From Chrysomallon squamiferum (taxonomy: Eukaryota > Animalia > Mollusca), in assembly GCA_012295275.1 (NCBI GenBank), contig CM022667.1:4712001-4776000 (forward strand): 64,000 nucleotides of DNA, in the 5' to 3' direction. Position numbers and translations under genes: made by a program. This document shows, piece by piece, positions 1 through 12,721 of the stretch. The notes beneath the pieces were generated by a model. It was not told the DNA's origin. It searched no databases and was given only the letters and a program-made list of their open reading frames with translations. The first letter of the stretch is position 1. Each line of letters opens with the position of its first letter.

Positions 1-1162
1 ATGTCATCTTGGTGGGATTCACTGTAACTTCCTAACAAGGACGTTTTTCTCCGATCCCTGAAAAGTAACAAAACTAAATATAAGAAAACAAAAATAAATA
101 TTTTAATTTAAAACCTTAGCAAATTTAACTGTTAATAATTAATAGGTGTAATATTTTATTTTATAACAACAATGTTTATTTGGGGTAGATGGCAAACATC
201 ATGCCATGAGCCTATTTTTGCACTAACACACAGACATGTATATAAATACATACATATACATATATGAATTTCAAATCCATGAGTAATATTTAATACATCA
301 GCTGTGGGATCTGTCTGGAATGGGAAATTGCCCAACAGTTAATTAAGACCATTTTTTTTTCACATTCAAAGACAATTTAATACAGAAAATCATGAGAAAA
401 ATAACTGAAAAAAAAAAGAAAGATAAATCACAAATCAGAAATTTAAACAAAGAAGAATGAATGATAAACAACAAACCAGAACAAAACGTGAACATCGTCT
501 TCAGCTTCCTCTGTGCCTGCGCACACCAGTCTGTCGCTGGAATTGACATCAACACTCGTAAACACGTTAGACAGTTTGTCATGACCTGGTTGATATAAAA
601 ACAAAACAACAACAAAATTACTGAAAACAAAGAGAGTAAATGTGAGCTTGTGCCTAACAAAAATGCAAAATATTTTTTACAAACGAAGGAAATAAATTGT
701 AATTATTTATTATTGTAACTTGTAATTCCGTTTGAGTTCAGCCTAATATTTCATAACTTGGCACAAAACATGCTCAGTGCACTGCCTAAGAGTTTATACT
801 TTACCAAAACACTTTCTCCTTTGTTCAAAGTGGATCTCCACTAAGTAAAAACATTCACATCATCTTTAATTATGTTTAGTTGCCATTCACCCAATTACCA
901 AGTATATATTACCAAGATATATTAAGTAATAATTCTAATAAATCTCTTCATACTGGTATTTTTATGTTTCCTTTTCATTTGTTTTTTTGTGTGTGTTGGT
1001 TAACTGTCTGTTTTGGAATTGGGAATTTGTATTTAAATATTATCAAATTATCTAATACAAATCTTTACCTTGAAATGTTTGAACTTCTTTGCTGTAGCCT
1101 GTACGTAAATCCCAGCATCTACAACAACAGCAGCAATTTTTAATTTTTAAAATTATGTAGCA

Positions 1163-1201
<39 letters not shown>

Positions 1202-2683
1202 AAAGTAATAATAAATAAATAAATAATTAAAATATTTCAGTACACAAAAAAAAAAAAAAATTAATCATCTGTTATTATTTTTTAACATTTATTTTCAAAC
1301 AAAATATTAATAATAATTAAAATATTTGTTTTTTTTTACATATTATACAGTTACTTAATGAAATATAATTTCTGATTTAATGAATAAAACTTTTTGTTTC
1401 ATTAAATATAAATTTTCTACTTCAATGAACATTATTTTTGTTTTATATAGTTTAAACATATCCAAATAATTTTTATTATTATTATTATTTTTTGTCTTCA
1501 TATACTAAACTTTTGAGTATATAATGTTTCATGATTTTTAAAGAATCACTTTTACACACACACACCTAACAGTCTGATCATGTGATGAAGAAAACAGGAG
1601 ATTGGGCTGTCCTTTTGCAAAAGCTACTCCTGATACAACATCAGTGTGTCCTGAAATAAAATTACTAATATTTTTGCAGAAATGTATACCAGTATATCTA
1701 GAAATAAAATATATCCTCAAATCATATCTATTTGTTTACCATTTTTATTTTTATTTTTTTAAATAAAAAAATCAACACAGATATTTTATACCATTTTGGA
1801 TTGTAATAAAATTTGACAAGGGTGTCCTGAATTAAACTTATTTAATACTGGTATGTCCTGAAATATAATCAAGAAGACTTGAAGGCGACAGACCTTTGAT
1901 TGCCCCAGTGTTTGCAAGACTGGACTGTGTAAAGATTCGAATGTTGTAATCACTGCTTGTAGCTGCAATCAGCTCACTGCCATTTTGTCTGAAACAGAAT
2001 TTAAATCAATCAATGTTTTCTTACAATAACACATTTTAATACTTATTATTTTTGTATATATTTTTATTTTATACTTCTGTAACATTTATTTTTATATAAT
2101 AATGATTTAAGGCAAAGACACAACTTTTAGCACTGAGAATCTGAGAATCTTTTGCATCTGCCAACAGAAGACAGTTTGTGGTAACATGTTTGGAATGGGA
2201 AATAGCCCTAGTCACCAACCAGTTTTCACCAGCGAATCGTAGATTATTGTGATATTAAAGAAAACTGTTTTTCTCTTTCCACTGAGCGTCCATATTACTG
2301 ATCATCAGTAAGTGATTCTTTAAGTTCATCTTCACACAGAAAGTGCAAACCATGTATTCTGACATAATAGTTATAGCATATATATATATATATTTAGCTC
2401 TATACTTTACCTGTTTATTTAAAAATTTGTCACATTAAATAAATCTTTTTCTACACAAAAATACAATAATATTGTCTCAGTAACCTGATTATAAAATTGC
2501 AATGCCACATTTTTAAATCACTGAAAAGCTTTATAAACAGAGAAATTGAAAACAAGACATTTACCCATTCTGTGCTGCTACAGACAGAATATATTCTGTT
2601 TCGAGTTCCTCCACGGACAAAGCTGCAGTTTCTTCAAGTCGAAGCCTCTTTAGTCTCTCACCGAGATCCAGGTCACATGACAT
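1..2683 (-). CDS. WDR89: WD repeat-containing protein 89, 5' portion (gene continues beyond window start)
   Basis: Phase-consistent GT-AG coding exons on minus strand: 2565-2683 (ATG at 2683; MSCDLDLGERLKRLRLEETAALSVEELETEYILSVAAQNG), 1894-1988 (QNGSELIAATSSDYNIRIFTQSSLANTGAIKG), 1566-1650 (HTDVVSGVAFAKGQPNLLFSSSHDQTVR), 1069-1118 (CWDLRTGYSKEVQTFQG), 477-585 (HDKLSNVFTSVDVNSSDRLVCAGTEEAEDDVHVLFW), 1-57 partial (DRRKTSLLGSYSESHQDDI). The CAGTE..DD...FWD and LG.YSE.H.DD motifs match WDR89 as recalled. Confidence 0.9.
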
Positions 2684-3337
2684 TGCGAATGAATATCTGT
2701 AAATAAGAAACAGAATACATCAGAATTACTAGTACACTGATAATATTTTTTTTTATATAATTTTGAAATTTTTTAAAGAATTAAATGGTTTAAAATATAT
2801 GTTTTCGTTCTTATGGCATTAACATATGTTTTGATTATGAAATATGAAGTTCATACCTTTTTGAAATGACCTGTTAGTTTATTGGTGTTTTAATGTGGAG
2901 GACAGTAATATTTTAAGTCATTATTCATGAGGATAAACACAAGAAAAATAAGTTCCAGTCCCTTTAATTCATTATTAGACAGAGTAATAAACTATGTGAT
3001 ATATTTGTGAAACATAACCCTACATAAAGGAGAAGTTTTACGCTTAAACTAAAGTTACAGTTATGATAATTTATCATCAAACACTGACAGTAAAACACTG
3101 GTACGCGATCGTACGATTGGCGATTCGGCTTTAATATTTTTGTTTAACTTAAATGTAGTATTATGACTAACAATTAATGTTAAATTGACTGATAGTTTTA
3201 ACTTGTTAACCATTTGAAAATCGTTAATTCCCTATGCAGCTTATTGTTCGTTATGTCGCAATTAATGCGTATAACTAACTCATCTAAATAAACTTACACT
3301 TTAAACAAAACCTAAGATTTATAATGTAAACATTTAC

Positions 3338-3430
3338 CACGCGCTTCCGAAAAACCAATTTAGAATTACTTCCCTTGTTTAAAAACTTCTGTAAAAGGAA
3401 TAAAAACATAGTTATGTCCCTTATTATTCA
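3338..3430 (-). promoter_or_regulatory. Possible non-coding first exon / promoter of WDR89
   Basis: The ATG exon begins with an acceptor (ttacag, AG at 2697-2698), so an upstream exon is required. A minus-strand donor G|gtaaat lies at 3338/3337 in a small CpG-containing patch. Boundaries approximate. Confidence 0.35.
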
Positions 3431-3467
3431 GTAAACTGGTAAGAATGACAGTTAATATATAGATGCG

Positions 3468-3501
<34 letters not shown>

Positions 3502-4234
3502 AACATATGACACATACATACACAAATAAATAAATAAATAAATAAATGTTTAATAATCCTAAAAATTCAACTTGTCAGTCGTCCTTAAATGATAGATAAA
3601 AATAAAAGTTTTTGTATTTGTAATTTTTTCAATTATAATTATGCGTATTAACAAATATGCTAATTTATCAATTTTGTTTCTGTAGCGATGGGGAGTGGTT
3701 ATGATTTTAACCTTAGATGGCGATAAGGACTGACATTCAGTCTATATTTTTATTTAATTTTTCTCCCTATTCTTTGCATTTATTACGATGTCACTAGGAG
3801 ACTGGGTTGAAGGTAATATTAGGCCAGTTAAGCAGTCACACTCCAGAAGGGTGTGCATTACTATCCTTTGTGGGTCACTGTTTTGTTATTTAACAATTTT
3901 GATTTTTGCATATCTAAAACTTATGGTTCAAACCCAAGACTGTTTTGTTTGTCTGCAATTTCCCATTAATACACTCGTAAAGGGACCATTTTTTAATTTT
4001 ACACGGCAAACCACATTTGGTGTTTCATGTGTTTCTAAGTGAAAGTCCAGTTACAGCAGACTGTGGTGTAATAGGGCCTCTGCCATAATTAGTGGATAGT
4101 GGACTGACTTGCTCGCATCTTATATTTCAGTTTAAAATAAACATAGAACTTTTAAAAAATATTTTGCTTTCTATTTTTTTCAACAAAACATGTTTTTAAA
4201 AATCGAAGAAGGAATTCTTTATTTATTTATATTC

Positions 4235-4276
<42 letters not shown>

Positions 4277-4555
4277 TAAAAGAGTTGCAAGTAGTTGACC
4301 TTGCGTTGGCACAAAATAGTTTGGCACAGACCGTGCTTGTAATTTAATGCGAAAAAAAAAAAAAAAATAAAAAAAAATAAAATAAAATAAAAAAAAAAAA
4401 AAAAAAAGAAAGAAAGAAAAAAAGAATATAAATAACATAATTCAAGCGTATATAATTTTTAAATTTGTGTGTGTGTGTGTGAATACATAAAAACATACAA
4501 ACCTATGTATGAAAATATGTGTAAATGTGTGTGTGTATGAGTGTGTGTATGTGCG

Positions 4556-4659
<104 letters not shown>

Positions 4660-5159
4660 GGTCGAATGGGTTGATTTGCTTGCAATGTTGCACAGATAAA
4701 AAACTAAAATATAAGAACCGGTTTTTTGTTCCCCATTGTTTTGTCTGCGTTTTGGAGGGCAGCTGTCACCCACCCCCACTGTATCGTATTTCCAAAGTCT
4801 TTTAATTTTTATTTCAATAGGAAACCGCCAGATGTGACAGCGTAGACATTTTTTGTTTAGTGACGTACATTGTTATAACAATGTTATTATTTAGTCTAAC
4901 AAGACAGATGTAAGACAAACCTCGCAGAAATGTTGACGATGTGTTATTCAGTTAGCGTAAGTATTTAAACACAAGGTTTTTAAACACAAGAGTGTGGGAC
5001 TTCGTCGATATAAAATACTAGAAAAATACAGATTAGTTTTCAACTTCGTATTCTGTTACTGTTATTATTAGGTAGTCGCAACCGATATTTCTTGTTGGGA
5101 CAATAACTGTTTGATTAAGAGGTTCACAAAACAACAATATTTTTTTTTTTTTTTTTTTT

Positions 5160-5196
<37 letters not shown>

Positions 5197-5206
5197 AAAT
5201 AAAAAA

Positions 5207-5243
<37 letters not shown>

Positions 5244-5840
5244 AAACAAAGCAAAAATTTAAATGTGATTTTCTCAAAGTATTTTAATGCGAAATAATTA
5301 TAGTTCAAACCAGCATTTTATGTAGAATGAAAATACATGCTGATGTATGTTGAGCAGTATGCTTATATATATATATAAACAAAAAGGGGCTCAAATGTTT
5401 CAGTTAACGCATCCTTGTATTGCATCATTCTATTAGTTTCAAGGTAGGTCTCATAAAACACGTTCGTCGTTTAGTTTGCTCCACAATTCATTCTCAAACA
5501 CTTGCTTAGTGAGCGTGTGTATAAAACAGTAATAACAAACAACATGATCATTGTATAACCCTGCTTTATAACTTTAATACATTTATATTTTTTCGTTACT
5601 AATTTATAAGTAGTCACAACTTTTAAAAGTAAACTTTTCTGCAATATATATATCTATATCTATGTCTATTTAAGAAATGTGCACTAATGTGTCAATATAA
5701 TAAATTAACTAGATTAAGTTCTAGATTAAGTTTTAATCAAAATTATCAGAAAACAACACTTCATAATTATGTACCTACATTATGCTAGAGATTAAAAAAA
5801 AATAATAAACAAAAACAAAAACAAAAACGAAACAGACAAA

Positions 5841-5871
<31 letters not shown>

Positions 5872-6431
5872 AATTGCTAGCAAAAAACACTTCAAGTAAT
5901 ATGTTGAACATAGATTTTTATTGCTACGACTACTAGATCGATCTCAAGACGTCATGATATGTTTGTCTGCGTATTAATGTATAAATCGAATAACTTCGTT
6001 TAAACAGTAAAAAGAAAAAAAATGTAAAGGCTCTGTATTTTAAACTTAAATTCATTTTAAGACATTCATCTAAATAGCTACTGGTTAAATAAATATTATG
6101 ATTTAATTCGGACAATTCAGCAGAAACTTACGTATCTGAAAAAGGTTTTATATATATATATATATAAATGCATGTATGTATGTATTCGAATATGGTTAAG
6201 TCGAATTAAGAATGCTGCATTTTAGTGTAATAGATATTACAACGTTAATTTCTTCTTATTATTTTTGTTATTATTATTAAATACACCATTGTGTATGTTA
6301 TCATTAATAATATAAATGTTATAATTTTTTACTGAAGGAATTTATCGAAAAGAAGACATTTTTTTTTATTTACAAAAATAGTTTTTTGAATGAACCTTGT
6401 AACCTTGTTTAAAAAAAATAAAAAAATAGTT

Positions 6432-6437
<6 letters not shown>

Positions 6438-6483
<46 letters not shown>

Positions 6484-6525
6484 CAACAACAATAATAATA
6501 CCAATAACAATAATAAAAATTAGTA

Positions 6526-6569
<44 letters not shown>

Positions 6570-6580
6570 TAATAATAATA
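6438..6580. repeat. (AAT)n/(AAC)n microsatellite
   Basis: Directly visible trinucleotide runs; explains poly-Y/I/L ORFs in the track. Confidence 0.9.
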
Positions 6581-6973
6581 AAATGTGTTAAAGGGCAAAA
6601 TAACTGGATGGATAATGAATGATTGAGAGGATGTGTCAGGATAGAATAAATGAATAATTATGATTGGCTATTATCATAATATTATAATAAATTATGATAA
6701 TGATTTTAAACAGACCACGTCTACGGCGGTGACTAATTATAAAAGGTTATTTTTAACTTTAACAATAACAACAACAACAACAACTATAACAACAACGATA
6801 GTAATAATACTAATAATGATGACGATAATGAATTTGATGAAAATAAAAATATTAAATTTGTTTCATGAACCAAACGGTAAAAATGAACATTCAAAAGAAA
6901 CTCACACTCACAATGCAGCAAATAAACACACACGCACATTCACGCACATTCACGCACGTATACACTTTAATCA

Positions 6974-8335
6974 TTAAGACTTTCTTGCCATTAACTCTTC
7001 TTTAATTTCTTTGATGTCTGTTTCCAATTTTTGAACGTACTTAATCAAGTCCTTCTGCTTGTTAAACGACTCCTCCACGACGTTGTTGACACGTGACACC
7101 ATGTCGGACACTTCGACGATTCCCACGGAGGCGTCCTCGTGCTCGGCCAGAGAGAAGCGCGCCAGTCTGATCGTGCGTATCGCGTTACGTAACTTCCAGT
7201 CCGTGACCGTGAGAGCGAGACGTGACGTGCTCGCCCGGTTCCTCAGCACCCACAGTTTGATGCAGTATTTGATGACGTCGGCAGCAGCGTTCTTCTTCCG
7301 GTGCAGAAGGTAGATTTTGTTGTGGAAGGAATGCACGTATCTCTCCGAGCGCGTCTGCTCCAGTCGCCGAGCCGTCACGGCCACCAGCAACGCCGTCGTA
7401 GCCAACCCGCCCAGACCGGTCGCGACGGCGATGAACCGTCCGCACTTCGTGGACGGCGTGATGTCTCCGTAGCCCACAGTGAGGAACGTCATGGCCGACA
7501 GCCACATCGCTTCCGATATGGTCGTGCCCAGAACGGCGTTGGTGTAGTAGAGTTCGCACGTCCTCATGCTCCACACGCTGACGGAGTACATCCCCAGCAT
7601 TATCAGAGCGATCACGATGCCCGGCATGTCCGCCATTGCGGCCTTGAACACGAACATCATGTTGACCTTCACCTTGCTGACGGCACCGATGTGCTGAGTG
7701 GAGCTGTACGTAAGCAGCCGATTGTGCACGACGACAAACCGGCCGACGAGATAGAGCCTGAACATCATCAGCACGGACAGGATTCCGTCAATGCTCTGAG
7801 ATCGGTACTTTCCGCCGGGCGTCATCAGCGGGATCTGAACGTCTCCGGGGAACGGGTGAACGGCGCAGATGACCAGCTCGGTGATGAGCCCCACCCACGT
7901 CCACACCGGCGTCACGGCGAAAGGATCGTCCACTTTGCCGTCGACCATTCTGATGGAGATTCCTATGTGGTAGTAGAGGCTCACCGACACCAGCAGCACC
8001 GCCGTTGTTATCGTCGTGAACGTCTTGAGGATGAGGGACACCGGCGTTCCTTTCTCGTCAGGGTTCATGAAGAACAGCTCGTTTTCCACCATCATGAAAA
8101 TTATGCCCAGAACGGCCGTAACGAACTGAACATCAACGAGCCAGCGACGCCTTTCGATCAGGTTCTTTCTCAGTTCAAAGATGGCGCCCAGGCTGCGATC
8201 CTTCCTCGCTGGGTCACGTGCCGGCTTCACTGATTCCGGGTCGGCTGAATCGTTTTCGACGTACTTCTTACCTCCCTTGGTTTTGTTAAGAAAAAGAGGT
8301 GTGGTGGCGCTGTCAAAAGGTCCCTCACCATTCAT
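6974..8335 (-). CDS. KCNN: Small/intermediate-conductance Ca2+-activated K+ channel (SK/KCNN family), divergent; single main coding exon
   Basis: 453-aa ORF, GC-rich versus flanks. SK hallmarks: S1 LGIIFMMVENEL, ELVICAVHPFPG, S4 LSVLMMFRLYLVGR, pore MWLSAMTFLTVGYGDITP, S6 TALLVAVTARRLE, calmodulin-binding region ERYVHSF...KKNAAADVI, C-terminal coiled coil. An acceptor (ttcag|ATCAAG-ATG) lies 6 nt upstream of the ATG (exon edge 8341). Family-level symbol only. Confidence 0.93.
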   Translation of the reverse strand: MNGEGPFDSATTPLFLNKTKGGKKYVENDSADPESVKPARDPARKDRSLGAIFELRKNLIERRRWLVDVQFVTAVLGIIFMMVENELFFMNPDEKGTPVSLILKTFTTITTAVLLVSVSLYYHIGISIRMVDGKVDDPFAVTPVWTWVGLITELVICAVHPFPGDVQIPLMTPGGKYRSQSIDGILSVLMMFRLYLVGRFVVVHNRLLTYSSTQHIGAVSKVKVNMMFVFKAAMADMPGIVIALIMLGMYSVSVWSMRTCELYYTNAVLGTTISEAMWLSAMTFLTVGYGDITPSTKCGRFIAVATGLGGLATTALLVAVTARRLEQTRSERYVHSFHNKIYLLHRKKNAAADVIKYCIKLWVLRNRASTSRLALTVTDWKLRNAIRTIRLARFSLAEHEDASVGIVEVSDMVSRVNNVVEESFNKQKDLIKYVQKLETDIKEIKEELMARKS

Positions 8336-8567
8336 CTTGATCTGAATGTAGATAAATACATATGTAATGTTAATTTTTTTTATTATTACTACAAGGGAGA
8401 ATTTTTTTTTTTTTACAATTTTGGGGGGTTTTTGTTTAGAAATAAGAAGAGGGAGTGACGAATAAATATAATCAGGAAATACAGAGCTGGTAATGTGTTA
8501 AATCGTTTTAAATTAATTTAATTAGTTGTTTAAATAGCATAATTTTATTTATTTATTTATTTATTTA

Positions 8568-8639
<72 letters not shown>

Positions 8640-8807
8640 TGCAAACATGCTTTAATATAAGTATAGTCTAGTGAAATATTACTTTCAGAAACTATTTTCA
8701 GATTTTTAATGGCTGAAATTAAATACATTGTTATATTAATGTTTCTGACGTAACAAATAATAAGTCAGCGTAACACAAGTTTCATTTTCTCAAATACGTG
8801 AACAGCA

Positions 8808-8821
8808 GTAGCCATGACAAC
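8808..8821. promoter_or_regulatory. X-box (RFX) consensus match in SK intron
   Basis: GTAGCC-AT-GACAAC fits GTHNYY-AT-RRNAAC; a CRE palindrome TGACGTCA lies at ~8863-8870 in the same CpG-containing patch. Confidence 0.3.
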
Positions 8822-9366
8822 GCGCCATAACCGCTGTCATACGTCACGGTCTTCGTATCATATGACGTCATTCATTCATCATACATCTGTGTTTAATCAT
8901 TCTAATAGCTGCGGACATTATTATGTTAAATTATGTGCAGGCATGCATTATTTCAGAATAAAGATGCTATTTTTATTTATTTATTATTATTAATTGTTAT
9001 TGTTTTGTTTTATTTTTAAATTTCGTATAGCTTTTTATTATTATTAACATTTTAAAGCATCTAATTAATATTAATTACGTTCCACGCATGCTGTACTAAA
9101 TATCTGAATTAGCATAATTATTTCATTCTAAATATTTTTGTAACACACCAGTGTAATGTCCTGGAGTTTCACGTCGAACAAAGTCACGTGATCCTTATTG
9201 TAATATTTAGAATATTCACATCTGTTCTTTTCTTATTTTACCATCTGTTACATCTGAGAAACTGAAACGCATCACAGTGTTTGTGTTAGCTCTGCCAGGA
9301 AATCGACCATGTCCTGTTCTCGTACGTGTTTGTGTGACAGTGTGTTTGTATGAATGCGTACCCTCG

Positions 9367-9389
9367 TGTGTGTGTGTGTGTGTGTGTGT

Positions 9390-9450
<61 letters not shown>
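9367..9450. repeat. (GT)n(GA)n microsatellite
   Basis: Directly visible. Confidence 0.95.
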
Positions 9451-9453
<3 letters not shown>

Positions 9454-9656
9454 GTTTATTAAGTATGAATGTAAGAATAAATATATATATGCATGCATCT
9501 GTACATCTCTGTCCCCATCTCTGTCTTTCACTCTGTATAAGATTAATGGGCTATGATTACAAGTTCTTATTTGTGCTCACATCATCTGTTAATACAGTTG
9601 ATTTATTGAATTTATAAACAAATCCACACTTGTTTCGAATAGCAGAATGGTACAGA

Positions 9657-9695
<39 letters not shown>

Positions 9696-9840
9696 AAATA
9701 AGAAAATATATATTTTTAGTACTATACAGTTATGTTAAAGGACGTTTATAAAGATTATCGTTATTACTATCATTATACTTATTATCATCATACACATTGT
9801 TATTATTGTTGTTAATATTATCAATATAATAATAATAACA

Positions 9841-9902
<62 letters not shown>

Positions 9903-10267
9903 CCAAAGGAGCTGAATATAAAAAGTATATCATGTTTATTTAACTTAATTCTATATTCTTATACCATTCATGCAAAGAGACTCGCACCAACAGAAATATA
10001 ACCTAGGATCAGTCTACTTTTAAAAACGTACACACAGACACAACTACTGACCATTTGTATTGATTCCATTCTTCGTATTCTGCAAAATAAAATTAAACTC
10101 AAACTACAAAGAATTTTTTTTTTTTTAAAGAAATGATTAAATAAAAATGAATAAATTAATTAAAAACTGACGAAAGAAAGATAAGAAATCGAAGAACAGC
10201 AAAAATAAAATAAAATAAAATAAAATAAAATAAAATAAAATAAAATAAAATAAAATGAAATATAACA

Positions 10268-10298
<31 letters not shown>

Positions 10299-10789
10299 AA
10301 AAAAAGAAATTTAATGAAACCTAGCAAATATTGATGAAATATAATTAACTAAAGATTTTTTTTTTATTTTGTCAGAAATATTGAACACGGAGAATATTGA
10401 TTATTTCAGTGACATATTTTGTAGGTTATTTAATACATAGAAAAACATTTTGTGGAAATATCGTATATACAAACTATCGTAATGCTAAGATAAATTACTT
10501 TACCACACAAACATGTCAATTCGGGGCAGCTGAAACATTTCACTAAAAATTATTCAAAACAAGAAAGAACCACATACTGATAAAAATACATGCATGCGCA
10601 CAAACACACACACGCACATGTGAGCTCACGGAATATACAATATTTATACACTCACACACACACACACACACATACACATATAGTTATGTATACATATACT
10701 CAAACACAAACGTATATATATATATAATACATATACATACATATATTTATATACAAACTATCTTTTTTTCAGTGTTATTATCAAATAAC

Positions 10790-10942
10790 GCGTGTGTGTA
10801 TATATTATGCATGTGTGTATGGTTGTATCTATGTACGTCTTGTATTATTTCGTGTGTGTGCGTGTTTGTGTGTGCGAATATATATATATGTGTGTGTGTA
10901 TGTATGTATATGTATATATATATATGTATATATATTTGGAAG

Positions 10943-10983
<41 letters not shown>

Positions 10984-11060
10984 ATATATATATATAGGTA
11001 TGTGTATGTGTATATTTATCTATGTATGTATGTATATATATGTATGAAGGTATGTATAAA
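10790..11060. repeat. Degenerate (TA)n/(TG)n low-complexity tract
   Basis: Directly visible; source of spurious overlapping ORFs. Confidence 0.85.
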
Positions 11061-11991
11061 ATTAAAAAAAAAAAACCCTATAAAATCTTAATATATAAAA
11101 GTAAAATAAATAAAATAAAATAAGATTAATAATAATATTGCCACGTCACTTGCAGCAGCAGTAACAAACAAACAAACAAACAAACAAACAAACAAATAAA
11201 TAAATAAATAACGAATGAATTAACAAACAAAGTAAAAAAGCAACTCTTACCTTGATCTTTGAAATAAAATAAAATAAGACTAATAATAATATTTCAAAAA
11301 CTAGTTAAAAGAAATAAAACAAAATAATAATAAAATAAAATAAAGCAAAATAACTGGTGAAGAAAACAACTAATAAACTAAATCGATTTTTATCTTGCCA
11401 AACCACATGCTCAGTAGAAATAAATAAGTTCACACACAAATAAACAACATCAATAACAGTAGCAGCAGTAATGGATTATAACAATAATAATAATAACAAT
11501 TATTGTTAGTAGTAGTACAACAGCAAGAATAAAAACAACAACAGCAGAAAATAAAACAACATTGTATTTCATTCGTCAGCTCGATTGTTAAATAATGAAA
11601 GTTAATAAACCGTGTTAAAATGAAACAGTGTTTATTTAAACTACAGTTTCTGCAGGCGTTAACAAACAGAACAGATAGGTGGTCAGAAAAAAAAAAATAA
11701 ATAAATAAATAAGTAAGTAAGTAAAATAAATAAATAAATGAGAAAATCCATTATTTCATTCTTACAGAATAATAAATTAGTGGGTTTTTTTAAAATTATT
11801 ATTGCAGTAAACGATATTTAACGATTTTTCCACAGAACTACATTTCGCTGACTGTCTCTGTGTTTATTCACACAAACAAACAAACAAACAAACAAACGAA
11901 CATACAAATAAACAAATAAACAAGCAAACAAACAAACGAATAACGAATGAATAAACTGACACTAACGAATAAGTAAACGAGTGACTCTTAC

Positions 11992-12042
11992 CTTACTCTT
12001 CTGCTTTCGACCGCGCCACGTTTCCGATCCTTGATGAGGCAT
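11992..12042 (-). CDS. Probable upstream first coding exon of the SK channel (MPHQGSETWRGRKQKSK)
   Basis: ATG at 12042, 51 nt, strong donor AAG|gtaaga, phase 0, joining in frame to ATC AAG ATG at the 8341 acceptor; lies in a CpG-rich island-like patch (~12000-12370). Confidence 0.5.
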
Positions 12043-12375
12043 TAATTAAATCGTCGCAGCGGTTTCTCGCTTGTTAAAAATGACTTTTCCTTTTCGACGT
12101 TGTACAAAAGTGTGTAAGCATTTCGCTCCTCGCGCAGCACGACATTTCGATGTCGATTAGTGGAACGGATTATTGTCGACGGTTAGCGAAGAAATAGCCA
12201 GCTGTCGCGCCGCACGGATTAGCACGGAGTGAAACGGTTGTCACACGTGTTTTGCGGTACTTCACGTTACTTACTCGGTCCGTTTGAACGCCGCTGGACT
12301 GAGTCGGAGGACGTAAGACAAAGATTAGCATGTGTCATAGCAACGTGATTATGTGTTTGTCTGAGGGCCAACGCC
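12043..12375 (-). promoter_or_regulatory. CpG-rich putative promoter/5'UTR of the SK gene with X-box-like element at 12332-12344
   Basis: Local GC/CpG enrichment in otherwise AT-rich DNA; GTTGCTATGACAC on the minus strand. Confidence 0.4.
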
Positions 12376-12638
12376 TTTCTTTAAAACGAACAATTTATAT
12401 ATAAATAATAATAAAAAAAAAAAAAAAAACAAAAAAAAAAACAAAAACAATAGAAAATAAATAAATAAATAAAAGAAAAAAAAAAAAAAAAAGAAAAAGA
12501 AAGAAAGAAAGAAAGAAAATGAAAGAAGAAAGAAACAAAGAAATTAAATAAATGATTTTTAGGATTACGTTTCATTGCGAGTGTGCAGATATATGTCCAC
12601 GCACGTGTGCTTATTTATGTTTATTTTATTACATCGCT

Positions 12639-12721
<83 letters not shown>

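Noticed and set aside
343-660. 105-aa ORF and other track ORFs within 1-2700
   Set aside because: Wrong-frame or read-through translations over WDR89 exons and introns.
5139-5241. Poly-T followed by poly-A as hairpin/terminator or retrocopy tail
   Set aside because: Low-complexity homopolymers are common throughout the window; no target-site duplication or element body seen.
7059-8233. Long overlapping ORFs (7301-8233 +, 7059-7313 +, 7185-7574 -)
   Set aside because: Antisense or off-frame shadows of the GC-rich SK coding exon; no recognisable motifs.
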